From contig JAFXYK010000061.1 in assembly GCA_017541805.1 (NCBI GenBank), forward strand, positions 5,674-69,673: a stretch of 64,000 nt of DNA, read 5' to 3'. The translations under genes were made by a program, and so were the position numbers. Below, in pieces: positions 1 to 8,206 of the stretch (positions within the stretch are counted from its first letter, which is position 1; every line of letters begins with the position of its first letter). Under the pieces are notes generated by a model. That model was given only the letters and a program-made list of their open reading frames with translations, made no database searches and had not been told where the DNA came from. The DNA comes from Paludibacteraceae bacterium. GTDB taxonomy: Bacteria > Bacteroidota > Bacteroidia > Bacteroidales > Paludibacteraceae.

Positions 1-713
1 GGACCGGTGTAGATAATTTTCTCTGCGATGGACTCCAACTCCTCGCGGTGCGCGAAAAAGTCGCAGTTCACGCGGGTCTCGATACCCTCCAGCAGTTTCT
101 CTATCAGCACGTTATAGCCGCCGATAGGAATACCCTGGTACGGATCGTTGAAATAGTTGTTATCGAAGATAAACCGCAGGGGCAGACGACGGATGATGAA
201 TGCCGGCAGTTCGGTGCACGGCCGTCCCCATTGCTTCTCGGTGTACGATTTGATCAGTTTCTCGTATATATCTCGTCCGACGAGCATCAGCGCCTGTTCC
301 TCCAGGTTCGCCGGTTCACGGCTGTTAAGTTGATTTTTGATTTCAGATTGTTGATTTTTGATTTTCGCTTGCGCCTCTTCCGGCGTATGAACACCCCACA
401 TTTGGTAGAACGTATTCATGTTAAACGGCAGGTTGTACAACTCGCCTTTGTAGTTCGCTACAGGACAGTTGGTATAGCGGTTAAACGGCACAAGGGCGTT
501 CACAAAATCCCACACCTCTTTGTTGGCAGTATGGAAGATATGAGCGCCGTAAGTATGTACGTGGATGCCGGCCTGGTCGGCGCAATAGACATTGCCGCCC
601 AGTTGCGGACGTTGGTCAATCACGAGGCAACGTTTGCCTGCCTGTTTAGCCTTGTAGGCGAAGGTAGCTCCAAAAAGGCCGGAGCCAACTATGAGATAGT
701 CGTACTGAATCAT
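1..713 (-). CDS. glf: UDP-galactopyranose mutase (C-terminus lies beyond the window edge)
   Basis: Minus strand from ATG 713-711 reads MIQYDYLIVGSGLFGATFAYKAKQAGKRCLVIDQRPQLGGNVY..YGAHIFHT..FNMNTFYQMWGV..NLEEQALMLVGRDIYEKLIKSYTEKQWGR. It has the FAD GxGxxG motif and is colinear with Glf as I recall it. It is missing from the ORF track because it is open at the edge; +ORF 48-743 is its antisense shadow. Confidence 0.9.
   Translation of the reverse strand, partial: MIQYDYLIVGSGLFGATFAYKAKQAGKRCLVIDQRPQLGGNVYCADQAGIHVHTYGAHIFHTANKEVWDFVNALVPFNRYTNCPVANYKGELYNLPFNMNTFYQMWGVHTPEEAQAKIKNQQSEIKNQLNSREPANLEEQALMLVGRDIYEKLIKSYTEKQWGRPCTELPAFIIRRLPLRFIFDNNYFNDPYQGIPIGGYNVLIEKLLEGIETRVNCDFFAHREELESIAEKIIYTG
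332..366. repeat. Degenerate heptamer array, 5 units (GATTTTT GATTTCA GATTGTT GATTTTT GATTTTC), inside glf
   Basis: Direct reading. The sense strand (minus) gives GAAAATC AAAAATC AACAATC TGAAATC AAAAATC, encoding KIKNQQSEIKNQ. Confidence 0.85.
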
Positions 714-2140
714 GGTCGAACGAGTATTGAGTATTCTTTGTAAATATTTCGTACTTCGGGAGTGTAGCCCCAACTAGTGAAGATCGAGTCGTGTTCCTGG
801 GTGCAGATCACATATTTCGGCATTCGTTCATGCATCTGTTCCCATGCCTGTTCCCGCTGTTCCTTGGAAATCGAAGGCGGCAGGTAGAAGAGCGAACTCG
901 CCGGTTTGGCATCTATCTGCAGCCATAAGCGATATGCGAAGGAGTAGTTAGGGTTTAATGCATTCCACTTCGTACGATCTTCGGGCTCGACAATGGCTAC
1001 ATGGTCATCCTTGCTGATATGATGGTTGATGTACATCGCCGCCTGCTCGGTGTGCTTGTGCTCGAAGGGCATCAGACGCAGATACGAGCGGATACCCATG
1101 AACGCCACACCCACAAAAATCATGAACCATACCGTGAACAGATATAATTTCCTCCGCGCTTTGATGTACGGCCACGCTAAGATGAACAGCAGGGCGTACA
1201 TCGGGATGCAGGGGATGAGATAATGCGGATAGCCGTTCTTGATATACGCCGTCGGGATGAGCGAGCAGAGGCACAGACAGCAGAGGAAAGCATAGCGCCA
1301 AGTCCGTGTATGACCGTATTTGGTGATCAGCACGAAGCAGTAGATGCCCGGCAAGCATATCGCCGTCATGTAGAAGAATCCCAACAGACGACGCAACAGG
1401 GTAGGACTGTATGCGACGAAGTTAAACCGGATATAGGCTTCCATCAGTTCCTGCGTGTTCTGCTGCGACATGAGCCACAACGTGATTGGCACGGCTATCA
1501 CCGCCAAACCGACGACGACGCCTGCCGTATAACGCAAGAAAACCCGCCAGTTCCAATGACGGAGCAGGTGGATCGTGAAATAGAGTGCGATGGGGATGAG
1601 AACGGCCGATATGTTCGGCTTGGTACAGAGACAGACGGCTACCGACGCAGCGAAAAGGATGATCTCGAGCGTAGAGCAGTATTCTTTGTCCCGGTAATGC
1701 TTGATGCCGACGTACATGCTGTACATACAACCCGGCAACGCCAGCCATTCGGGACTGCCTTCATCGATGAACGGCGCCTGCCAGTAGCAGCCCATGATAA
1801 GCGCGATGAGCATCGACTCTTTCTCGTCTTCATACAACCGCGCCATGCGGTAGATGAGGATGAGAACGACGTAGAGAATCGCCACATCGAGCAGCCACAC
1901 GCCGTACACGCCCGCGAAAGAAAAAAACCAATAGATCAGGTACACCAACGGTCCCTTGTGGTCAAACATATCGCGGTACATGATCAAACCGTCTTGAATC
2001 CAACCGGCACAGCGCATATAGACGCATATGTCGGTAGGATAGTTGCCGTTGCCCCACAACGCCATCGAGTGGGGAAGCTGCAGCACGACTGCCAGGATAC
2101 CCAGCAGCCACCAAGACGCTTTGTCAGTCAGTCCTTTCAC
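710..2140 (-). CDS. GT-C fold (ArnT/PMT-like) integral-membrane glycosyltransferase
   Basis: 476 aa with many hydrophobic helices. The N-terminal loop YRDMFDHKGPL resembles the loop motif of ArnT/PMT-type enzymes. GTG start. ATGA overlap with the glf start. Confidence 0.7.
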   Translation of the reverse strand: MKGLTDKASWWLLGILAVVLQLPHSMALWGNGNYPTDICVYMRCAGWIQDGLIMYRDMFDHKGPLVYLIYWFFSFAGVYGVWLLDVAILYVVLILIYRMARLYEDEKESMLIALIMGCYWQAPFIDEGSPEWLALPGCMYSMYVGIKHYRDKEYCSTLEIILFAASVAVCLCTKPNISAVLIPIALYFTIHLLRHWNWRVFLRYTAGVVVGLAVIAVPITLWLMSQQNTQELMEAYIRFNFVAYSPTLLRRLLGFFYMTAICLPGIYCFVLITKYGHTRTWRYAFLCCLCLCSLIPTAYIKNGYPHYLIPCIPMYALLFILAWPYIKARRKLYLFTVWFMIFVGVAFMGIRSYLRLMPFEHKHTEQAAMYINHHISKDDHVAIVEPEDRTKWNALNPNYSFAYRLWLQIDAKPASSLFYLPPSISKEQREQAWEQMHERMPKYVICTQEHDSIFTSWGYTPEVRNIYKEYSILVRP

Positions 2141-2168
2141 CTCTAAACCTTAAACTTTAAACCTTCTT
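2141..2168. repeat. Heptamer array, 4 units (CTCTAAA CCTTAAA CTTTAAA CCTTCTT), at the GT2 stop / GT-C start junction
   Basis: Direct reading. It covers the GT2 stop (2157-2159) and the whole 16-nt spacer up to the GTG at 2140. Confidence 0.75.
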
Positions 2169-2888
2169 CCTGCGGATACCTTTATTGATCGTGAAGAAAT
2201 CGCCGAGCGCTTTAACGCCGATCTTGAAGATACGCTTCATGTTGATCGAGTTGACACCGCCTTGGCGGGGACGGAACGTGATGGGATACCATCCGATATT
2301 GTATTTCCAGCGAACAGCAATCGCGCTGACAGCTACGTTCGCCAGGTTATAGTCCTTCGGGATGATCTCCAGTACCGGTTTGAGTTTCTCGATCTTGAGC
2401 AGACGGAACGGCGTGTTAGCGTCCTTTACCCAGCAATGGAACATCAGCCATACCACAAACCGCAATGTCTTCGTCACAAACACACGGCTCGCGCCATCCT
2501 GACGGCCACCGCGGGTTCCGATCTGGAAGTCATATTTCTCGCGGTTGTCCCACATCTGCCAGAACTCCTCCGGCAGCGTCTGACCATCACTATCGGTCTG
2601 GAACACATAGTTGGCTCCGTGGTCAATCGCATAGCGATAGAGGAAAAGCACCGTGCCGCCGTGACCCGAGTTGGGCTTGTCGATCGGCTCGAAATACTTG
2701 TATTTCGGTTGCAACTCCTGCATGATAGCGAAGGTGTTATCCTTACTACCGTCATTGGCAATGACCAACTTAGCCACATGGCCGTCGGCGTTGATCTTCT
2801 CGCAGACAGGATGCCATTGTTGAATCACTTCTTCGATGTTGGCCGCCTCGTTATAAGCCGGCATTACAAAATAGATTGTATCTTTCAT
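2157..2888 (-). CDS. Glycosyltransferase family 2 (GtrB/DPM1-like polyprenyl-phosphate sugar synthase type)
   Basis: MKDTIYFVMPAYNEAANIEEVI..LVIANDGSKDNT..QTDSDGQ: GT2 N-terminal signature and a DxD-type motif. No C-terminal TM helices seen. Confidence 0.8.
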   Translation of the reverse strand: MKDTIYFVMPAYNEAANIEEVIQQWHPVCEKINADGHVAKLVIANDGSKDNTFAIMQELQPKYKYFEPIDKPNSGHGGTVLFLYRYAIDHGANYVFQTDSDGQTLPEEFWQMWDNREKYDFQIGTRGGRQDGASRVFVTKTLRFVVWLMFHCWVKDANTPFRLLKIEKLKPVLEIIPKDYNLANVAVSAIAVRWKYNIGWYPITFRPRQGGVNSINMKRIFKIGVKALGDFFTINKGIRRKKV

Positions 2889-3328
2889 CTCTTGTGAGTA
2901 TAAAATGTTATGAACTTATTCAAAATAAACTGTATCAACGCTACCACTACCGTAGCAATGAGCTTGAAGACCCAATATTGCATACCGCCCAAAACGACCA
3001 TGTAATGCAACATCACGGCGGAGATAAACCAGCCGAACAGACCTACGGCATAGAACGACAGAAAACGGACAGCCGTCTTGTTCTTCACCTTGAAATTATA
3101 GGCTCGATTGAGGAAGAAGGACGTGAATATTCCGACATGAATACCTATTGCAAGCGCGAGTTGCGAGTCATGAAACAGATAGCCGAAAATAGTGATATCC
3201 GGTAAGATATGGCTGTAGTATAGGCCTGTTGAAACAGCGTAATCCAGGGCGGCACAGAACCCGCCGATAATGCCGTACAGAATGAGATTTCTGAACCGCG
3301 CATAGAGATTTTTGATGAACGTAATCAT
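2885..3328 (-). CDS. GtrA-family small membrane protein (putative polyprenyl-phosphate-sugar flippase)
   Basis: 147 aa from ATG 3328 with 4 hydrophobic helices: LYGIIGGFCAALDY..FFLNRAYNFK..LNKFITF. The track's TTG start at 3352 lies inside the -7 promoter box, so I rejected it. 4-nt overlap with the GT2 gene. Confidence 0.75.
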   Translation of the reverse strand: MITFIKNLYARFRNLILYGIIGGFCAALDYAVSTGLYYSHILPDITIFGYLFHDSQLALAIGIHVGIFTSFFLNRAYNFKVKNKTAVRFLSFYAVGLFGWFISAVMLHYMVVLGGMQYWVFKLIATVVVALIQFILNKFITFYTHKR

Positions 3329-3349
3329 ACTATATTTCCAAATCGGCTG

Positions 3350-3381
3350 CAAAGGTACAACATTTTTTCCACATATGCAAG
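3350..3381 (-). promoter_or_regulatory. Bacteroidota-type promoter for the gtrA-GT2-GT-C-glf operon
   Basis: Minus strand reads CTTG-N20-TACCTTTG, 22 nt upstream of ATG 3328. Confidence 0.55.
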
Positions 3382-3472
3382 CGCGCGCGTGCTTTTTTTA
3401 TTTTTTCTGTTGTTTAGTGTTTGTGGCTCGGGCATAGGCAGTGTAACCCTTCCCCTATGTTTCTGCTTCCAA

Positions 3473-3620
3473 ACACGAATGATACACGAATGATACACGA
3501 ACGATACACGAATGATATTCGAACTATCAGTATAGCCTAACCGTAACCTAACAATACCCTAACCGTACTCTAACCATAGGATTACCATAAGATCACCATA
3601 GGATAACCATAGGATAATTC
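3473..3620. repeat. About 13 consecutive degenerate 11-nt units (ACACGAATGAT family, then CTAACC.TA.. / A..ACCATAGG family)
   Basis: Direct reading: acacgaatgat x4, attcgaactat, cagtatagcct, then ctaaccgtaac, ctaacaatacc, ctaaccgtact, ctaaccatagg, attaccataag, atcaccatagg, ataaccatagg. Confidence 0.85.
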
Positions 3621-3698
3621 ATTTCCTCCGTATTTTTCACCACCATTTACTATATTATATACTTATATATAATATATTTTTTTGTAAATCATTTTTTA

Positions 3699-3730
3699 TT
3701 TGCATATATGCAATTTTTGTAGTACCTTTG
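3699..3730 (+). promoter_or_regulatory. Bacteroidota-type promoter for the lipoprotein gene at 3739
   Basis: TTTG(3699-3702)-N20-TACCTTTG(3723-3730). Confidence 0.65.
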
Positions 3731-3738
3731 CAGGCGGA

Positions 3739-5508
3739 ATGAAAAAAATACTGGGAATAGGGTTGCTGGTGCTGTTGTTGGCGTCGTGCGCGAACAGGGG
3801 TGCCGGGCCGCAGGGCGGGCCGAAGGATACGATTCCTCCGGTGGTGCGTCAGTGCGAGCCGGCGCAGGGGACGCTGAACTTCAGCGCGAAGAAGATAGAG
3901 ATCACGTTTGACGAGTATATCCAGTTGGATAACCTCGGCGCGAACCTATTGATGTCCCCTCCGCAGCAGAACCCGCCGGAGGTGAAGGCGCGCGGCAAGA
4001 AAGTGACGATCCAATTCCAGGACACGCTCTATCCCAATACGACCTACACGATCGATTTCGGCGCGGCTATATGCGACTACCGAGAGAAAGTGCCGTTGCG
4101 CGGATTCTCCTATTACTTCGCTACGGGCGACGAGATAGACACGCTGGAGACGAGCGGATATATATACGATGCGCTGACGCTAAATCCGATGCACGGTATC
4201 ACGGTAGGTATCTACGCGAACATGGCGGACAGCGCGTTCGAGCGTCTGCCGTTCCTGCGTATCGCGAAGACGGACTCCGCCGGTATGTTCCGCATCAAGA
4301 ACATCCACCAGGGCCGGTATCGGCTGTACGCGGTAGAGGACATGAGTCGCGACTACCGGTTGACGATCGGCGAAGCGATGGCATTCATGGACACGGTGAT
4401 CACGGTGGAGGCCGCTGCGCCGGTAGCCATGGATTCGACAGCGAGCGACTCCATCGCGCCGCAGGTGCCGGAGGTACAGCATAAGTTGTTCTTGTTCAAA
4501 GAAGCGCAGAAGAAGCTCTATTTCCAGCGTGCCAAACGAGAGGAGCAACACCGTATCCAGTTCTCTTTCTCCGCGACGCCGGACAGCCTGCCGCAGATCC
4601 GCCCACTGAGCGACAGTCTGCACTACCACGTGGCGTACTCCGCGCAGCGCGACACGGTGTCGATATGGTTGACGGACAGTATGTCGATCAAGCAGGACTC
4701 GCTGTTCTTCGAGGTACGCTATCGGATGACGGACTCGCTATATAACTTAGTATGGAGTACGGATACGATCCGCGCCATATGGCGTGCTCCGCGTCTGACG
4801 GCGAAAGCGCAGGAGGCGAAAGAACGCGCGGCTCGCAACAGGCGGTTGACACTGAGTTGCAACGCCCGCAAGGGATTCGACATATACGACACGCTGACGC
4901 TGCGCTGCACGACGCCGCTGGCCTCTATAGCCGACACGGCTATCCGTCTATACGAGAAACGCGACACGAACCGCATCGCGCTGCCGTACACGATGGTGCC
5001 GTATGACACGATGCCGATGGCGATCCAGTTTCTGGCGGAGCTTCAGCCGGAAGGGAACTACGAGCTGCTGTTAGACAGCGGTGCGCTGCACGACGTATAT
5101 GGCATCACGCATATAGCGGCCAACTACGGGTTGACAGTGAAGGCACTGACGGACTACTCGACGCTGCGCGTGAAGATAATGCCGTATGACCCGCAGGCGC
5201 GTATACAGCTGATGAACAACAAAGATGAAGTGCTGCGCGAACTGCCGGCAAGCGAGGAAGGGGCGTTATTCGAATACCTGAAGCCCGACGGCTATTACCT
5301 GCGCCTGTATATCGACCGGAACCACGACCAACAATGGACGACGGGTAACTGGTCGCTTAAACGTCAGCCGGAGCCGATCTATTACTTCCCGGAGAAGATA
5401 CAGACGAAGTCCAATTGGGATTTCGAGGAAGAATGGGATTATACGGCGATCGAGCAGACGCAATCCAAACCCAAAGAACTGATCAAAGTTGGCAGCACGA
5501 AGAAATGA
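3739..5508 (+). CDS. Lipoprotein with an N-terminal bacterial Ig-like domain
   Basis: MKKILGIGLLVLLLASCANRG is a lipobox. GPKDTIPPVV..P.QGTLNF is typical of Ig-like (Big_5/SbsA-type) domains. The track start at 3700 lies in the promoter, so I trimmed it to ATG 3739. Confidence 0.6.
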   Translation: MKKILGIGLLVLLLASCANRGAGPQGGPKDTIPPVVRQCEPAQGTLNFSAKKIEITFDEYIQLDNLGANLLMSPPQQNPPEVKARGKKVTIQFQDTLYPNTTYTIDFGAAICDYREKVPLRGFSYYFATGDEIDTLETSGYIYDALTLNPMHGITVGIYANMADSAFERLPFLRIAKTDSAGMFRIKNIHQGRYRLYAVEDMSRDYRLTIGEAMAFMDTVITVEAAAPVAMDSTASDSIAPQVPEVQHKLFLFKEAQKKLYFQRAKREEQHRIQFSFSATPDSLPQIRPLSDSLHYHVAYSAQRDTVSIWLTDSMSIKQDSLFFEVRYRMTDSLYNLVWSTDTIRAIWRAPRLTAKAQEAKERAARNRRLTLSCNARKGFDIYDTLTLRCTTPLASIADTAIRLYEKRDTNRIALPYTMVPYDTMPMAIQFLAELQPEGNYELLLDSGALHDVYGITHIAANYGLTVKALTDYSTLRVKIMPYDPQARIQLMNNKDEVLRELPASEEGALFEYLKPDGYYLRLYIDRNHDQQWTTGNWSLKRQPEPIYYFPEKIQTKSNWDFEEEWDYTAIEQTQSKPKELIKVGSTKK

Positions 5509-6154
5509 TATTGTTTTTCTGGCGGTAGGTCTGCTGATTCAGGTCATCACGTACTTCATCACGAATCATCTTCATCCCGGTTCGCTTACTCCAATCAGCC
5601 TGCTATCCGGCCTGCTGGGTATATGCTCGGTATGTCTGGCGTCGCAAGGCAATATACTGACGTACTTGTTCGGCTTCGGTCAGGTAGGCACGTATATGTA
5701 TCTGCTCATCACGCAGCAGTTGTACGGCCAGATCGCTCTGAACAGTTTCTACCTCATCACGATGGTGTACGGCGTTTATGTATGGAAGCGCCGTCTGCAT
5801 GCCGACAGCCGCGAGGTGCAGACCCGTGCGCTTCGTCAGCCGGTGCTGCTGGCGATCATAGCGGCTACGGTGGTGGTATCGGGTTTAGCGGGATGCGGCA
5901 TGGGCGCATGGACAAGTAATCCTCAGCCGTACTTAGATGCCTATACGACAGTACCTGCACTGGTGGCGCAGGTACTGATGATTCTTGTCTATCGGGAGCA
6001 CTGGTATATATGGCTGGCCGTAGATGTGCTGAATGTGGTGCTATGGCTGCGGGTAGGGGACTACTGCATGGCGGCGCAGTATGTGTTCTGGTGCGCTAAC
6101 TGTATATACGGTCTGAACCGCTGGAAGCACCTTATTTCTCATTCGGCATCCTGA
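5489..6154 (+). CDS. pnuC: Nicotinamide riboside transporter PnuC family
   Basis: Multi-TM protein: VYGVYVWKRRL..HWYIWLAVDVLNVVLW..VFWCANCIYGLNRW. TTG start, uncertain; it overlaps the upstream stop by 20 nt. Confidence 0.7.
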   Translation: MAARRNDIVFLAVGLLIQVITYFITNHLHPGSLTPISLLSGLLGICSVCLASQGNILTYLFGFGQVGTYMYLLITQQLYGQIALNSFYLITMVYGVYVWKRRLHADSREVQTRALRQPVLLAIIAATVVVSGLAGCGMGAWTSNPQPYLDAYTTVPALVAQVLMILVYREHWYIWLAVDVLNVVLWLRVGDYCMAAQYVFWCANCIYGLNRWKHLISHSAS

Positions 6155-7145
6155 GCGAATAGAGGATCGCCTCCATCTTACGCAGCGTATTACGCTTCTT
6201 CTGGTTCGGCGCATGGATGAACGCTTCGGCATGCACCACAAGTCCGTTCACCTGGTCGAGACGGGTGAGGCTGACAAACGGACCTCCCATGGCTTCGCCG
6301 TCTTTGATTTTCCACAGTCCTCTTGTCTCGATGCCATAGAAGCCGCCGACGGTGTCACGTAACGCGGTGACGGAACGGGATACAGGCGGCTCGAACTTCA
6401 CCTCCGTAGCCATATAACTGCCTTCTACCTGCGCGCTGACCAGTTCCTTCACCACGCGGTCTCGCATGGCGATGATGGAGTCATTGGAGAACTGGCTCTG
6501 GGCGGTATAAGGATAGGTATAGACCATGATATCCTTGCGCATCGGGCCTTTGTTATCGCAGCACCAAACGACATTCACTTTGCGTTTGTTGAGGACGAGG
6601 GTAGAGTCTTTGATAAGCAGGTATTCCTCTGGAATAAACATCTTATATTTGCTGCGCTTGAGTGCGGCGACGGCCTGTTCGTTCTTGCTGCCTTTATAGA
6701 GGTTGAGTTGGCGCGCGAGCTCCTCACGCACGAACCACTCGCGAATCTCGGCACCATGCTGGCGCCAGTACTCGAGGAAAGCAGGTGTGCTGGGCGCATT
6801 GATACGCATATAAGCCTGTGGCTTCGCCCATACATCCAAAGAAGTAGCGGCTTTGACGCGCGTGTAGGCATTCGGATTGATGTCGATCTGCAGGATATTA
6901 CGTCCGGCTTTCAGATGGTCCTTGAACAGGTCGGGCTTGACGGACGAGACGGTCAAGGTATGCTCGGACTGCGGCAGGCCGTACATATACGCCCCCAGGG
7001 TGTCCTTCACCTCCTCCTTCACATTATCCTCGCAGATGACGAGACACTCATAGATAGACCCCGAGGTAGAGGTCAAAAACCGGTTGTCCAGATTACATCC
7101 GGCGAGTACTGCTGCGCACAGCGCATAAAAGATGATTTTTTTCAT
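6132..7145 (-). CDS. Lipoprotein, DUF4837-like
   Basis: MKKIIFYALCAAVLAGCNLD is a lipobox, from ATG 7145. The family call is from memory of similar ~330-aa Bacteroidales lipoproteins. Confidence 0.55.
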   Translation of the reverse strand: MKKIIFYALCAAVLAGCNLDNRFLTSTSGSIYECLVICEDNVKEEVKDTLGAYMYGLPQSEHTLTVSSVKPDLFKDHLKAGRNILQIDINPNAYTRVKAATSLDVWAKPQAYMRINAPSTPAFLEYWRQHGAEIREWFVREELARQLNLYKGSKNEQAVAALKRSKYKMFIPEEYLLIKDSTLVLNKRKVNVVWCCDNKGPMRKDIMVYTYPYTAQSQFSNDSIIAMRDRVVKELVSAQVEGSYMATEVKFEPPVSRSVTALRDTVGGFYGIETRGLWKIKDGEAMGGPFVSLTRLDQVNGLVVHAEAFIHAPNQKKRNTLRKMEAILYSLRMPNEK

Positions 7146-7166
7146 AATTGCTATTGAAATTTGGTG

Positions 7167-7198
7167 CAAAGGTAGTACAAAATATTTAAATTTGCAAA
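7167..7198 (-). promoter_or_regulatory. Bacteroidota-type promoter for the lipoprotein gene 6132-7145
   Basis: Minus strand reads TTTG-N20-TACCTTTG, 21 nt upstream of ATG 7145. Confidence 0.65.
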
Positions 7199-7213
7199 AA
7201 AAAGCACTAAAAA

Positions 7214-7245
7214 TTTGCGTATTTCAATATTTTTTACTAATTTTG
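7214..7245 (+). promoter_or_regulatory. Bacteroidota-type promoter for the AraC-family gene
   Basis: TTTG(7214-7217)-N20-TAATTTTG(7238-7245). Confidence 0.6.
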
Positions 7246-7293
7246 CGCCGCAAAAGTGAATTTGATCATTCAATCTACTAAAAGCTAAATACC

Positions 7294-8154
7294 ATGACGT
7301 TATCAAACCAGTTTGTTTTTTTGACTACTGACATAGAGGGATTCCGTCTATGCAGAAACACTCGTTCTCAGACCGGCATGACCGCCATTCTGTGTTTGGG
7401 AGGATGGATAGAAGTCGACATGTATGGAAAGATGGTGCGCATCGAGAAGGATGACCTGTTCGTGCGTATTCCTACCCATGATTTTCAGGTAGGTCCATAC
7501 AATGTATCGGATGATTATGAATTCATGCAAATCACGGTGGATGCCAAGATTTTCGAGCAGATCATGTTCGATCATATGCGTATGGAGCCGAACTGGTATG
7601 TGAAGCAAGAGTATATCCGTAACCATCCGGTATTCCGGCTCAGTGAACCGAGCAAGGACTTTTTCAAGGCCTATTTCAATATGTTGATTCTCAATCTGGA
7701 AGCTCCAGCGACGGATTACCGGTTGCAGATCATGAAGCTGTTGGCAAAAGGCGCGACGATGGAGTTGCTCAACTATCTGGATAAACTATCGGTGATCAAA
7801 CCCGATGATCTGCTTCGTATGTCGGTTAACCAGAGCGACTATACGTTCCAGGAATTCATGCGTCTGCTGCAGCAGTATCCGCACGAGCGCGAGGTACAGT
7901 GGTTCGCGAAAAAAATGGATATCACGCCGAAGTATCTGTCGGAGATATGCAAGGACCGCAGCGGTAAATCTGCGAGCCAATGGATAGCCGAATATACGGT
8001 GACGGAGTTGAAATACCTCCTTCGCAATACCACAAAACCGATTCATGAGATTGCGAAAGAGATGGAGTTCCCGAATGCGAGCTTCTTCTGCCAGTACACG
8101 AAAAAGCATACAGGCCTCTCGCCGAATGCCTTCCGAAAGGAAACGAAACTATAA
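7294..8154 (+). CDS. AraC-family transcriptional regulator
   Basis: C-terminal double HTH: VQWFAKKMDITPKYLSEICKDRSGKSASQWI..IHEIAKEMEFPNASFFCQYTKKHTGLSPNAFRK. Confidence 0.85.
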   Translation: MTLSNQFVFLTTDIEGFRLCRNTRSQTGMTAILCLGGWIEVDMYGKMVRIEKDDLFVRIPTHDFQVGPYNVSDDYEFMQITVDAKIFEQIMFDHMRMEPNWYVKQEYIRNHPVFRLSEPSKDFFKAYFNMLILNLEAPATDYRLQIMKLLAKGATMELLNYLDKLSVIKPDDLLRMSVNQSDYTFQEFMRLLQQYPHEREVQWFAKKMDITPKYLSEICKDRSGKSASQWIAEYTVTELKYLLRNTTKPIHEIAKEMEFPNASFFCQYTKKHTGLSPNAFRKETKL

Positions 8155-8187
8155 AAAGAATCCCCGGTTTTCGCCGGGGATTTTCTT
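8155..8187. terminator. Bidirectional intrinsic terminator between the AraC-family gene and glyA
   Basis: 9-bp stem AATCCCCGG / CCGGGGATT (8159-8167, 8174-8182), with an A-run on the left and a T-run on the right. Confidence 0.75.
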
Positions 8188-8206
8188 TGAACGTACGCCT
8201 GAAGCA

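Noticed and set aside
48-743. 231-aa + strand ORF at the left edge
   Set aside because: Its translation is low-complexity and Arg/Val-rich. The opposite strand encodes an unmistakable UDP-galactopyranose mutase, so this is an antisense shadow ORF.
1223-2146. 307-aa + strand ORF, plus nested ORFs at 1005-1887
   Set aside because: Arg/His/Asp-rich nonsense lying opposite the multi-TM GT-C glycosyltransferase gene. No independent signals support it.
3378-3400. GC-alternating stretch GCAAGCGCGCGCGTGC followed by a T-run, as a possible terminator
   Set aside because: The stem is imperfect and it overlaps the -33 element of the minus-strand promoter. No + strand gene ends upstream of it.
3473-3620. 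Possible CRISPR array
   Set aside because: The units are only 11 nt, directly abutting with no spacers, and degenerate. No cas genes are in the window.
3700-3738. N-terminal extensions proposed by the ORF track (also 3329-3352, 7146-7169, 9690-9752, 14901-15005, 15313-15342, 27057-27227, 28176-28247, 58012-58053)
   Set aside because: The extensions run through TTTG/TAnnTTTG promoter boxes, repeat arrays or the upstream gene. An internal ATG followed by a canonical signal peptide or a conserved N-terminus is available in each case.
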